Shown here piece by piece: positions 13,330 through 26,598 of a DNA stretch of 64,000 bases. Position 1 is the stretch's first letter. Each line of letters opens with the position of its first letter. The DNA lies in NCBI RefSeq assembly GCF_009914755.1, contig NC_060932.1. One strand, written 5' to 3'. The notes under the pieces were generated by a model that worked only from the letters and a program-made list of their open reading frames with translations, was not told where the DNA came from and did not search any database. A program made the translations under genes and the position numbers. Source of the stretch: the human T2T-CHM13v2.0 reference genome, Homo sapiens.

Positions 13330-14610
13330 ACAATGTCGTATCAACTTCTCTCTCCAAGTGTATCCAATAACATCTCTCCCATTCTCACTCCAAGGTGATG
13401 CCCTTGCTTCCTCCTTCACTGAGAAAATGAAGCCGAGAAAACAATGCCCCACTGCCATTTATATCTACCTTCCTGGACTTGTGACCTTATGTGTTTTCTC
13501 CCTTTCCATTACCACAGATGATCTGTCTTTCCTCCTATCTAAGGTCACCATCTAGTCATACACTAAATTCCACCCTTGCATGCATCTTCAAAGACATCGT
13601 TCCAGCAATTTCCCACTGCATTTGATGATTCCCACTGTATTTGATTGCATCATCAAATGCTCATTTTCCACTAGATCATTCTGACCAGTGATCATTCTGA
13701 TCATTCCAACCAAGCAACTATAATTTCCCCTTCTTCAAAAGCAAAATAAAACCAAACTCTCTCTTGGCCCGAAATTCTCCTCCAGCATCCACTGCATTTC
13801 TCTGCTTCCTCTTCCAGAGCAAAGCCATTGAAGTGATTGTTTCTTTGCCATCATCCCCCAAATTCAGTAATTCATCCCCACTACTCCACTGACATTTCTC
13901 TCTTCAACTTCACTAGTTATTTCAACATTGCTCAATTTAATGGATATTTCTCATTCCTAATTTTACTTGTGTTTTCAACACCACTGACACTCCTTTCTCC
14001 TACAAATATTTTCTTACGGGCTTCTTGGGTACCCTGCATTCCTCTTTTCCTCCAATCTCTAAGCAACTTAGAGATCTCTAAGTCTCAGTCTTCACTGCTG
14101 AGTCTTTTCTTCATTTCCATCTATAGGCACTTTAATGGTGCAAAGCTTAGTTCTTTACGTTATTCTTTTTATTTTACTTTTTGCACTTGCTCTTTCAGAT
14201 GTCATCCATTCTCATGGCTTTAAAAGTGACTAAGCTCCAGCTTATATCTTACCCTGTCCTGTTCCCTGCACTCCAGATTGAGATAGTGCAACAATTTGTA
14301 CAATATCTGCAGTTGGAGGTCCAGTAGGCATTTTCAACTTAAACATGAAGTTTTAGTTAAACTTCATGTTTAACTAAAACATAAGCTTAAACATGTTAGG
14401 CAAACTAAACTCTTGATTATTCCCCAAATTAATTCCCTTCACAACGTTTCCTATCCCAATAGAGTAAATGGATATGTCATCTTTCCAGCTGCATTAGGCA
14501 GAATCCCTGGAATCTCTCATTACTCTACTCTTTCATTGAAGCCACATCCAATCAGTTTAAAAAATCATGTTAGCTTTCTGTCAAAAATATATCCAGGATA
14601 TATCCAGTCT
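13330..14610 (+). mobile_element. L2 LINE body (interrupted by L1 at about 14610)
   Basis: Pyrimidine-rich L2 motifs: gcttcctccttcactgagaaaat, ccactactccactgac, catccattctcatggctttaaa, caacttaaacatg. Confidence 0.8.
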
Positions 14611-16424
14611 TTCTTCTGGAAAGTAGGGATAGAACTGTTTTTCTCTATTATTTGTACTAGGTAAAAATTAAAAACTATGACTATTATCTTTTAAAAAAAA
14701 TACCATAAGGCTCTGAAAGGAACAGGGAGAAAGACAGGTTGGCTTGGGATTTTAGGATTTGAGGAAGTCATAGAACCATGTTCTCTGATGGATTTTTGGC
14801 CTCAAATATCCCAGATTGGTTACAGGAGAAGCCAGTAACCTGGAAATGACAATAAGCCCAACCAAAACCTTTCTTTCTAGAAAAAAAAATGGGCAGCTTA
14901 ACAAGAAAATAAATTCTTCCAAAATAAATGCTCTACTCTACCAAAATACCACACACACACACAAAAGTGCCCTCTTTCTATCTCCAATGGCAATGGCCAA
15001 GTGGAAAACTTAGACTTATACCCTCACCAGGCTGCACTGATGTTCTCCAGCTCTGTCTGCCAAGGTGGTATTAGGGAAATCATAAATGGGAACAAGGACT
15101 TTCATCTTTATGGAGCAAGGCCAACAACAATCCCCCACAAACTCCACCTCACTGTGGTATCAGAGAAGATTATCTGGTTGTCTGAAATTCAAATCTGTGC
15201 AGCCCAGTGATAAAGAAGCCATCGCAAACAATGGAGTCAGTTGAGACCTCTCAGAGAGCAGTAATAAGGCTCTCCTCCTCCCCTCAACAAGGGTTGTATC
15301 AGTGGAGGCTTAGTAGGGAGCTAAAATTCCCACCTATCACCAGCAGAAACAAGAAAATTCTCACCTTGAATGAGAAGCAATAATTAACAGATATCAAATC
15401 TGAAATGATACAGATATTAGAATTATATAATATGAATGTTAAAATAGCAGTCATAAAATTGCTATATATTAGTTACAAACACCATTGAAACAAATGAGAA
15501 AATAGAATATCTCAGCCAAAAAAAATTCAAAATTATTGAACTAAACAATACAATAATTGAAATAAAAACTCAATGGTTGGGCACAACAGCACAATGGACG
15601 GGACAGAGAAAATAAACAGTTAACTTGAGACAGAGAGAACAATAAAAATTACTCATTCTGAAAAAAAAACAGGGAAATTGGACTGAAAAAAATAAGAAGT
15701 GTCTCAGGGACCCATGAAAATGTGACAGAAGTTCTAACATGTATTTGAGCAGAGTCCCCTGAGAAGAAAAAGAGTTCAGACTCAGAGTATTTAAAAAACA
15801 TAAAGGCTGAAATTTTTCAAAATTGTGCAAAAAGTATGAATTTATGTATTCTGGAAATGGAGCAAACCTCAAAAAGCATAAAGTCAAACAAATTCATGTC
15901 AATCACTTCACAAGCAAATTCTGAGGACTAAAGACAAAGAAGAATACTTCAAAAGCAACAAAAAAGGAATAACAGCAATAGGAAGAAAACAATCCAAATG
16001 ACAGTGTAGTTTTCACCAGAAACAATGAAGGCCAGAAGGAAGTGAAACAATAGTTTTAATTGCTGAAAGGAAAAAAATTGTCAATCCAAAATTCTATATC
16101 TGTGAAACACATCCTCCAGGAATCAAGAGAAAATCAAGACATCATAAGATATAAGAAATATAAGAAAAGTATTTCATTAAAGGAATGGCTACAAAGATCT
16201 CTCTCAACAGAGAGGAAATGGTTAAAGAAGGAATCCTGAAACATCACAAAGGAAGAAAACTAATAAAAATAATTAAAATATATGTAAATATAATACATTT
16301 TCCTTTTCCCCTTAAGTTTTTTAAAGTAAGGGTGATGGTTCAAGCCAAAATTTTAACATTGCCTAATGTGCTTCTCAATGTATATAGAGAAAATATTTGT
16401 AACAACTAAAAATAGGGGAAGATA

Positions 16425-16716
<292 letters not shown>

Positions 16717-16811
16717 GGCGGTGGGCGGGGGGGGGGGGGGCGAAGATAAAGGGACATTTAAATGAAAGTAAGGTTTCTATTACTTCCCTTGAACTGGTAA
16801 AATGCTAACAC

Positions 16812-17362
16812 TGTTACCAGAAAAGGGTACCAATCCATACCCCAAGAGAGGGCTCTTAGATCTCCACAAGAAAGAATTCAGTGTGAATCCATAGAGTAAA
16901 ATGAAAGCAAGTTTATTAAGATAGTAAAGGAATAAAAGAATGGTTACTTCATAGGCAGAGAAGCGTTCGGGGCTGCTAGTGGCCCATATTTATGGTTATT
17001 TCTTGATTGTATGCTAAACAAGAGGCAAATTATTCATGCTTCCCCTTTTAAACAATACAGCATAACTTCCTCACATTGCCATGACATTTGTAAACTTTCA
17101 TGGTGCTGGTGGGAGTGTAGCAGTGAGGACCACCAGAGGCCACTCGTCACCATTTTGTTTTTGGTGAGATTTAGCTGGCTTTTTTTATTGCAACCTATTC
17201 CATCAGCAAGACCTTTATGACCTGTATCTTGTGCCAACCTCTTATCTCATCCTGTGACTAAGAATGCCTTAACCTCCTAGTAGTGCAGCCCAATAGGTTT
17301 CAGCTTTATTTTACCCAACCCTTTTTCAAGATTGAGTTGCTCTGTTTCAAACTCCTCTGACA
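16812..17362 (-). mobile_element. MER41A solo LTR (ERV1)
   Basis: Collinear with the recalled MER41 consensus in reverse (tgttaccagaaaaggg...caaactcctctgaca). About 551 bp, perfect 4-bp TSD ACAC. Confidence 0.9.
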
Positions 17363-17376
17363 ACACCAATAGTCAG

Positions 17377-17915
17377 TGTGAGGACCATAGGCTCTTGGCC
17401 CCCTAAAGGTCTGCTGAAAGATCACTGACATGAGACATATTCATTAATAGGAAAAAAGGCATACAGACTTACTTAATTAATGTGTATACCTGGGAGCCTT
17501 CAGAATGAAGACTCAACTTTTCAGTAAGTAATAAAAGCTTATACACCATCTTGAAATTACAGACATAATGCAGATCCAGAGTATCTCCAAAAACAGGTTT
17601 TAATGGCAAGAGAGGTTATGGGAGGGAGAAAGGAGGAAGATTGACTCTCAAAGTGGCCTTGTTGTGCAGACCAAGCCTCTATAGAGTAAATGTTTCTTTT
17701 CAGACTTTTAAAAATGTCACACACTCAATCTCTCCTAGACCTGGAAACGGCATGGAAAGGAGAGGCCTGATTGCATTAATGGAGATTCTCTACAGATGCA
17801 AATTTTCTTCACAAAAGACAGGCTAATAAGACCACTTCTGTTTGCTGGCCAGAAGGCAGCCATTTCAAATATGTCAACATATATATTTTGGGGTAAAATA
17901 TTTGAATTTCCTTCA
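17377..17915 (-). mobile_element. ERV1 solo LTR, MER39-like
   Basis: Reverse complement begins tgaaggaaattcaaatattttaccccaaaatatat, as in the MER39/MER34 group. TG...CA ends, TSD tcag/acag (3 of 4). Confidence 0.75.
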
Positions 17916-17920
17916 ACAGC

Positions 17921-17967
17921 GATCTATCTATCTATCTATCTGTCTATCTATCTATCTATCTATCTAT
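17921..17967. repeat. (TCTA)n tetranucleotide microsatellite, about 11 units with one TCTG
   Basis: Read directly. Confidence 0.95.
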
Positions 17968-18127
17968 GTAGATAGGTAGATCACATAAAATTGATTGACC
18001 AAGTAGACAAAAAGATATATCATATAGAAGGACTCAGAAACATTATCAACCAACCAGATCTAATGAGCAAATGTATAGAACGTACAGCAGATTACACATT
18101 ATTTTAAAATACCAAAGAACATTTACT

Positions 18128-18762
18128 TTAACTGTATGAGGGGTACTTTCTGCCTGCTGCACAAGTAAAGACCACAGTATTGCAGTAAATAAAGAAAGAG
18201 TTTAATTGACATGAGTCCAGCCACTCCATGCAGGAGACAGAATTATTGCTCAAATCAATCTCTCCAAAAGCTCATAGGTTAGGAGTTTTTCAAAGGTAGG
18301 TTGGGGGAAGGGGTGAGGTTGATCAGGTAATGTGTGAGAGATTAAATCCTGGGTGGAACCACAGGAGTGGGGTTGGTGGGGCCAGATGGAGCCAGGTGTT
18401 AGACATGCAGAAACCTGAAAAGATATCTCAAAAGACCAATCTTAGGTTTGACAATAGTGATGTTATTTGCAGGAATGGCTAGCAGTTGTGTATGTCTACA
18501 CTTTACTAGAATGCAGGCTCCTCTACTCTTCCCTAGTCAGGTGATCTCTCATTAGCTTTAAAAGGTGGCTGAGTTTTGGCAAAGGGCTATTACCATTTAA
18601 ACTATAACCTAAATAGCTTCCAAAATTAGCTCTGGCCTAAGCCCAGATGTAATTCAGGCATGTTGAAAGTTAAAGGCAGGAGGTGGGTTTGGGGGGGTTA
18701 GCTCAGATCTTTTTAGCTGTCAAACTTTTCTCACTGATACAGTTTTTGCAAAGCTGGCTTTA
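18128..18762 (-). mobile_element. ERV1 solo LTR, LTR8/LTR49-like (MER4 group)
   Basis: Shares motifs with the LTR at 3314 (aagagtttaat, ctgaaaagatatctcaaaagacc, ttttgcaaag). Interrupts L1 ORF2 sequence. Termini degenerate. Confidence 0.75.
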
Positions 18763-18912
18763 TTATGATGATATAACATATTTTTGACCAAAAATGAGTA
18801 AATATCAATATTTTAAAAGAATGGAAATCCATACAGTGTGTGTTCTCTGACTATAGTGGAATCAAAGTAGAAACCAATAACAGGGAGATACAAGGAAAAT
18901 CTTCAAACACTT

Positions 18913-19025
18913 CACTAGAGTGTGAGCACCTAACAGAAATTTTTAAATCAGTTTGTTCTCTGTTATGTTTATAGCATGTAAAACAGTGCTTAGTATATAG
19001 TAGCCACACAACAATTATTTGAAAT
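18913..19025 (+). mobile_element. L2 3' end (probable continuation of the 13330-14610 L2)
   Basis: cactagagtgtgagc...aaacagtgcttagtatatagtagccacacaacaattatttgaa resembles the L2a terminus. Confidence 0.65.
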
Positions 19026-19299
19026 ATTCAATATTGCAAAAAACAATCATAAAAATCCTCTCATTTCTCCTGGTTCTGAATTCTGCATTTAAGTTTCATT
19101 GACTTTTTATAATTTAATTATCCCTTTCCAAAAGTTCATTTATTCACTTATGTTTTTGCACTCAACATGACTATAAAACCTTTAATTTTTAACTCAAGTT
19201 AACTTCTTTATCTTTTCTCCTATGTTCTTGCCAAAGGATGACCAAAACTATTCATTCAAAGGCCATAGCAGAATGCTATCTGACAGAGAGATATTGTGG

Positions 19300-20890
19300 A
19301 TATATTCACAAAGGCAGTATTTTCAAGCCAACTATGAAGAAGTGTAGCTTTCAAATAAATCAGTAAATTAAAGCTCAGTACATGAAATGACTCTCAGCTT
19401 GAGAAAATCTACAAAGAAAATGGAAAAGAAGCATAAAGCAAATGAGAGATGTAAAAAATATAATAAAACCTATGGAAATTGGCCAAAAAATGTGATGAGA
19501 TGAGACTTAACTGACTAGTAGTTAGAGAAAGGTAAAGTCTGAGTGCCTGACATCGCGTTAGGGAGCCGACATAAAGTGGTCAAGTCCTTAACTTCAAATG
19601 ATGAAAGGCTCAAGTATTGGAGACCCAAAGTTCTTCTAAAGTCTTGGATATGGGGATGATCTAAAGATGGAGAGACTGATGGAACCTGTGTTTAAGGTTT
19701 TAGACAAGAACATCTCTTGTCATAGACCAAAGACCCTTCTTCCCCAGTATCTAGCCCTAACAACAAATAAACATGATGTTTGCTTTTGGAATGGGTGAAT
19801 CAAAGGTTCCGGGAATGTGCTCCAGGTGAAACTGTGATGAGGCATTGCACTGCAAATGAAGGGATTAAACATGGAGAGATAGCGATATGTGCCAGGTACC
19901 CTCCCTCAGCATCACTCCTCTCCCAGAATACAGAACCTAGGTCTGTAAGTCCTTGGCAAGTAAATGGAAGATTCTTTTCAGACAAAACAAACAAACAAAC
20001 AAAAACAAAAAAAGGTAATCTCAAGAGAAAGCCTCAACAACAGATGTTGACATTTGGAAGCTCCTCAGCATCTGTAAGGTGTACCAATCAAAAATCTAGC
20101 CACATATATACAGTTTCCACTATCATTTTTATACCATGCATGGATGAGTGACGAAAGTCACTAGTAAACACACTGAAGAAGTCAATTTTAAAAAGGAAGA
20201 CATGGAGTTAGGAAACAGATCCTACATAGAAATATGATACAAGTTTCCAGGAATGGGATGAATAGAGGACTCAGGGCAACAGCTGTGTAGCACACAACAA
20301 ACTTAATTAGCTGACATGGGAACAGGAGGATGTATGAGTCCAGGAGAGAGATAGATTTTTAAAAAATTAAAAATCACACTATCTTATGATTGAAAACATT
20401 AAAATATGTGACTTTGTTAAGAGGAGTTTTACTGTTCTTTAAATTTGGGAATCAATTTCATGACAGACAAGTATATAGAAAACTAGGAAAATTTCAAAAG
20501 CCATTTAGGAGCTTCAGGAAATGCTAAGAATTGCACAAGATGGAAACATAATTATGCTCTGCTCATTGTATTCAGTGGGAATAATATTTCAAAGTAATTA
20601 CATAAACATTGACTACTGACTCACTAGAAAATTATAATTATATTTACAGGTGAAACTGGAATATAAAAAGTGTATGTGTGTAGCATTGTTTATGAGAAAT
20701 CAATCGTTTTTTTCCATAGTAGAGATAGCATTTTTTAAAATGGAAGACAATAAATCACAAGTATATTATTTAGAAATATGGAATGAGTCATAAGAAGAAA
20801 TGGCACAAGATTTGCGTCCGGGCAGGTGAAAGCTAAGTGGAGATAAGGGCAAAAAGGGATTTTTTTTGTTGTTAATACAATTCATGTAGA
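19300..20890 (+). mobile_element. Probable ancient L1ME fragments
   Basis: Purine-rich, degraded L1-like 5' and 3' segments. No reliable subfamily or boundaries. Confidence 0.4.
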
Positions 20891-20907
20891 ATATTAGACT
20901 TTTAACA

Positions 20908-21382
20908 CAGGGGTCCCAACTGGTACCAGTCCGTGACCTGTTGGGAACCAGGCCACACAGCAGGAGGTGAGCGGCAGGTGATCATGCTTTACGGTCTGAG
21001 CTCTGCCTCCCATCAGATCATCAGCAGCATCACATTCTCATAGAAGCACATACCCTATTATGAATTGCACACGCCAGGGATCTAGGTTGTGCACTCCTTA
21101 TGAGAATCTAATACCTGATGATCTGTCACTGTCTCTCATCACCCCCAGATGGGACCACCTAGTTGCAGGAAAACAAGCTGAGGGCTCTCACTGATTCTAC
21201 ATTATGGTGAGTTGTATAATTATCTCATTATATATTACAGTATAATAATAATAATAGAAATAAAGTGCACCATAAATGTAATGAGCTTGAATCATTCCTA
21301 GTCCAATCCCCACCACTTGGTCTGTGGAAAAATCGTTTTCCATGAAACCAGTCCCTCATGCCAAAAAGGTTAGGGACTGCTA
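20908..21382 (+). mobile_element. MER1A hAT-Charlie DNA transposon
   Basis: caggggtcccaac...ccaaaaaggttagggactgcta with internal MER1A motifs. Perfect 8-bp TSD TTTTAACA (20900-20907 / 21383-21390). Confidence 0.95.
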
Positions 21383-21669
21383 TTTTAACATACATACCTT
21401 ACTTTGATACAGATAAAAATTAAGCATTAAACTGAATTATATGAAAGAAAGGTCAATCTGATATTATTGGTAAAAAATATTGGAGGGTGACGTTTGAATC
21501 AAGGAAAACACTTAGGAGATGCAATGAGGTGCTGAAATAAGCTTGCAGTGAAGAAGCAAACTGGACGAATTCCTAAATCCCAGTTGTTTTATATTCTTCT
21601 GTAAATCAAGTGCAAAGTAGAGTGTCTGGCATTCTGGAAGTCTTCATTAAATTTAATTTCCTCCATTAA

Positions 21670-21942
21670 AAATGTGCTTTATTATTTAGGACAGTTTTAG
21701 ATTGACAGAAAAAATTGCAAAAATAATATAGAGATATACCACACACCGAGGCTCCCCTATTAACATCTTACATAGTATGGTAAGTTGGTTACAGTGAATG
21801 AATACATTTTGATAGGTAAATTGTAACACAAGTCCATAGTGTATTTAGATTTTCTTAGTTTTCATCGATAGTCCAGGATCGCATGCAGGACACCTCTGTA
21901 TGTAGTCCTCAGATCTCCTCAGGCACCTCTTGTCTGTGACAC
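21670..21942 (-). mobile_element. L1MC-like 3' end fragment
   Basis: cagttttagattgacagaaaaaattgc...attaacatcttacatagtatgg...gtccatagtgtatttagattttcttag. Confidence 0.75.
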
Positions 21943-21964
21943 TGTATAAGAATTCATTTGTTAT

Positions 21965-22472
21965 TGCTTTCAGCAATAATGATATTTGGTCAATGAAGGG
22001 CCACATATATTACAGCGTATCATAAGATTATAATAGAGCTGAAAAATTTCTAGTTACATCTTAATGATCCTGACCCTGTGTAGGCCTAGGCTAATATGTG
22101 TGTATATGTCTTAGTTTTTAACAAAAACATTTTAAAAATAAAATAATAATAATAAATAAAAAGGCTTATAGAGTAAGAATATAAAGAAAATATTTTCACA
22201 CAGCTATACAATGTGTTTGTGTTTTAAGCTAAGTGTTATTAAAAGTCAAAAAAATAAAAAGTTTTATAAACTTTTTACTTTATAAGTAAAAAATGTTACA
22301 ATAGGCTAAAGTTAATTTATTACTGAAGAAAGAAAAGTATTTTAAAATAAATTTAGTATAACCTAAGCATCGAGTGTTTACAAATTCTACAGTATTATAA
22401 AGTAGTGTGCTATCATTCACAATCACTCACCACTTACTCACTGCCTCACCTAGAGCAACTTCCATTCTTGTA
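21965..22472 (+). mobile_element. Tigger3 (Golem) non-autonomous fragment
   Basis: cataagattataatagagctgaaaaattt, taggcctaggctaatatgtg, cactcaccacttactcactgcctcacc match recalled Tigger3b/c. Confidence 0.85.
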
Positions 22473-22477
22473 AAATG

Positions 22478-22788
22478 AAAAATATTTGGGAAAAAAATAC
22501 AACAATAAGAAGTAACACAAATTTAAAAAGCAATAACGTATAATAACTATTTACTATATAGGCTATAATACAGCAATATGGTATAACAGCTTTTTAATAA
22601 CTATTTATATAGAACTTACATTGTATTAGGTATTTTAAGTAAAGATGAGTTAAAGTATACCTGGAGATGTATGTAGATCACATGTAAATACTATGCCATC
22701 TTATATGAGGGACTTGAGCATCTGAAGATTTTGGTATTCCAAGGAGATCATGGAGTCAATCCCCCACAGATACTGAGGAATGGTTATG
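22478..22788. mobile_element. MER2 (TcMar-Tigger) partial
   Basis: aaatactatgccatcttatatgagggacttgagcatc...cccccacagatactgagg. Homologous to the copy at 46788. Confidence 0.85.
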
Positions 22789-23109
22789 TATACTTCTACC
22801 TATATAGATATAAAATTTCTTACTCACAGTAAAGGTTTCATGAAAAGCAAAAATCAATGTTATTTCTTAGTTTTGTGGTAATTCACCCCTAAATTACCAT
22901 TATGATAAAAGTTACAGTCAAAAATATTATTTAACAACAATCTAAAATTACAAGCCAATTTTACTAAGTAAGCTTTGCAGAAATGTAAACATAATGATTA
23001 TTATTAATATCAATATTTACAAATGGTATGAATCTGTTTAAAAACTGTATTGAAGACACTGTTAAAGAAAACAGACACTAATGCAAATATTCAAATATGT
23101 ATATATACA

Positions 23110-23410
23110 CTTTTTTTATTTTTAATTTTTTGAGTCGGGGTCTCCCTCTGTTACCAAGCTTGGGTGCAGTGGCATGATCATAGCTCACCACAGCCTCAAA
23201 CTATTTGGTTCAAGCTGTCCTGCCTCAGCCTCCCAAGTAGCTTGGCCTACAGGTGCATACCACCATGCTTAGCTAAGCTTTTTTATCTTTTGTAGAGACA
23301 GGGTCTCACAATGTTGCTTAGCCTGTTCTCAAAGGCTCAACCTCATGCAACCCTCCCACTCTGGCCTCCCAAAGCACTGGGATTAAAGGCATGAGTCACT
23401 GCACCCAGCC
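23110..23410 (-). mobile_element. AluJ
   Basis: Poly-T head, AluJ diagnostics atcatagctcaccacagcctc and tgtagagacagggtctc. Confidence 0.9.
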
Positions 23411-23717
23411 TCAAATACATTTTTACTAATAATTTAAAAATATTCTCAGAACAAATTTACTCAATTGTTCTTTCTATATTATGCCAAGAGGCACTGTTGG
23501 GACTATATGTTCAAATACAATTCATTAGATGATTTGAATTAGTGAATCTTTGTCTCACACAGCCTTTTAAATATATATTTGTCTAACTCAATTAGAAGTC
23601 CCATGCCAGAGTTTTCAGTTAGAGAAACAGTAGATTAGACAAAAGGAAATAATGATGTTTAATACAGGGCTCCTCAGAGACATTACCATCTAAATAAGTG
23701 TTAAGAAATAGGAGACA

Positions 23718-24020
23718 GGAAGAGGTGCAGTGGCTTGCACCTGTAAACCCAGTGCTTTGGGAGGCAAAGGTGAGATCACTTGAGGCCAGGAGTTGGAGAC
23801 CAGCCTAGACAACATAAACTACATTTCTACAAAAAATTAAAAAATTAGTTGAGCATGGTGGCATATGCCTGTAGTCCTAGATACTGGAGAGGCTGATGCA
23901 GAAGGATCTCTTTAGCCCAAGAATTCAAGGTTACAATGAGTTATAATGAAGCCACTGCATTCCAGCCTCGGCAACAGAGTAAGACTGTGTCTCTTAAAAG
24001 AAAAGAAAAACAATAAAAGA
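23718..24020 (+). mobile_element. AluJ
   Basis: Full dimer, aggatctctttagcccaagaattcaaggttacaatgag (AluJ-type), A-rich tail. Confidence 0.9.
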
Positions 24021-24584
24021 ATAGAACAGGGGATGAATATATGGGCAGTGGCTCCTAGTTCCTGCATTTCAATCCAGAGAATTCACCACTAACTGACCTT
24101 GGTAAAGTTACTTAACATCACTGTGGTTCTGTTTATATTACAGATGCATATTTGCAGAAACAAAAGTGGAATTGTGCAATTTTCAATTCTTTGCAAAGCT
24201 AACAAGGAATATTTAAATTTTAAATAGTCTGCATTATCTAATGACCTTAAGTCACATATGAAGGACCTGCTACAAACTACAATTTTCAGTGGGCTTTAGG
24301 GAATGTTAATCTCCTTTTTCACCACTACACCTGTAGCAAGAGAGAAAAACCCAAAACCCTGAGAGCTTGCCCGGGGAATGAATCAAAGGGAATGAAGCAA
24401 GAAACCTCAGAAGTGCTGTAAATGTGATCTGTAAAAGAATTTATAGGAAAGGGCCTTTTTTTGTAATTTATTCTCTTTAATTAGATTTTTGTAAAATTAT
24501 CTAGGGAGGTAAGTTCTGTGCCTAAGTCTTCTAAGATGGAATGCTATTACTTCCTTGGGACCAAGGACCCCATTGTTCATTTAA

Positions 24585-25945
24585 AGTAGCATCAAAAATA
24601 CTTAGGAATAAATTTAACAAAATTATAAAATACCTATTCTGAAAACTAAAAATCATGAGTAAAAGAAATTAAACAGAGCCTAAATAAATGAAAAGACATA
24701 CCATTTTCATGTATTAGAAAACTCAATATTATTGTTTATATTATCATAATAATCCCAAAATTGATCTACATTATAAATCCCTATAAAAAAATCCCAGCTA
24801 ATTTCCTTGCAGGAATAGACAAGCTGATCCTAAAATTCATAAGGAGATGAAAGAGATTTCAAATAGCTAAAACAATCTTGAAAAAAACAAAAGAGTTTGA
24901 GGGTTCATATTTCCTGATTTCAAAGCTTACTATGAATAGACAGTAATCTAAGGTGGTACTGGCATAACGATAGACATAATAGATCAGTGGAATAGAATTG
25001 AGAGTTCAGAAATAAACAAATTCATAGTCGACTTATTTTTAGTAAGAGTACCCAAACCAATGAAGAAAGAACTGTCTTTTCAACAAATGGTTCTGGGACA
25101 ACTGAATATTTACACATATAATAATGAATTTTGAACCCTACCTCACACCACATACAAAAGTTAATTCAAACTGCATGAAAAATCTAAATTTAAGAACTAA
25201 AACTATTAAAACTCAGAAGGAAACATACATGTAAATAATTTTGACATTGGTTCAGGCAATGGTTTTGTAAATTTGCCATCAAGGTGCAAATTACACAAAA
25301 CACAGAAAAAACAGATAAATGGCACATCATAAAAATTTAAAACTTTTGTGCTTCAAATAACACTATCAATACAGTGAAAAGACAATACACAAAATGGGAG
25401 AACATTTTTGTAAATCACAAATCTAGTGTGGTATTTATATCCAGAAAGTGTAAAAAGTTCTCGCAACTCAATTAAACGGGCAATCAAAAAATGGGCAAAT
25501 AATTTGACTAGATGTTTCACTAAAGAAGGTATATAAATGGTAAGCAAATGAACAAAGTGCCATCAGGGAAATTTACATCAAAACCATTATATACAACTTT
25601 ATATCAATTAGGGTGGCTATAATCACAAAGATAGATAATAAGGTTTATTGAGAATATGGAGAAATTGAAATTCTCATACATTGTTGATGAGAATATAAAG
25701 TGACATGGCCACATTGAAAAACAGTCTGACAATTCCCATTTTCAATACTTGGTATATATGCAAGAGAAATTTTTACAAATGTGCCATAAAATGCTTGCAC
25801 ATGAATGTTACAGCAGCTTTATTCACAGTAGCCAAATAAATTAATTGTGGTGAATGCACAACTGTGACTATGCTAAAAGTCATTGAATTGCACGCTTTAA
25901 ATGGGTTAATTTCATGGCATATGAATTATATCTCAAAAAATATAT
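24585..25945 (+). mobile_element. L1MB/ME ORF2 3' part and 3' end
   Basis: agcatcaaaaatacttaggaataaatttaac...ttcaacaaatggttctgggacaactg...tgaattatatctcaaaaaa. Confidence 0.85.
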
Positions 25946-26210
25946 TCTTAGAAAGATAAAAACTGTGTATATTCACATATCTATAAATATTTTTATGCAT
26001 AAACATCAGTATCAATATTAAGCTAAACATGAGTTTATACTGATGTCCCCAACTAGTTTCCACAACCTCGTGAAATTTTTAGCCTCCTCATCTTGCTTAT
26101 CTGTTAGTTCTTCTCTAACACAGAGAAACCTGGATTCCCTTCATCCACCACCCGTTTACTTGTTAAATTTCAATATACATGTATAATAGTATTAGGATTG
26201 TTAACCTGTA

Positions 26211-26598
26211 TGTACTGTGAAAGGGCCATTTATGCAAAGTAGCCCCCACATGCTGAAGAAGCCAAGGAACCAAAGAATGAGACAGACAAATCGACTTTGT
26301 TCTAAGGGGTGTTTTATTGGCAGAACTTGCAGACAGAAATGTGGTCTTGGTTGGCTGCAAGGCAAGTAGATCTCTGCACTGTTACTCCTCAGATCCAGGG
26401 CTTGTATACCATAAGGAAGGGTGTATATGCTCCAGCAAGACATTTAAATGCAACCATCCAGAAAAGGCAAGAATGACATGTTCTTACAACAGAGATGGTA
26501 AATCAGGATGGTAAAGCAGAAATCAAAATACATTCATGGGACTGGGATAGTTAGGAATCGACATGGAATTCCGAGATGGAATCACTCTTGTCTTCACA
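26211..26598 (-). mobile_element. ERVL solo LTR, LTR47-like
   Basis: TG...CA ends. Reverse complement starts tgtgaagacaagagtgattccatct. 5-bp TSD ctgta/ccata. AATAAA on minus strand (tttatt at about 26313). Confidence 0.7.
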
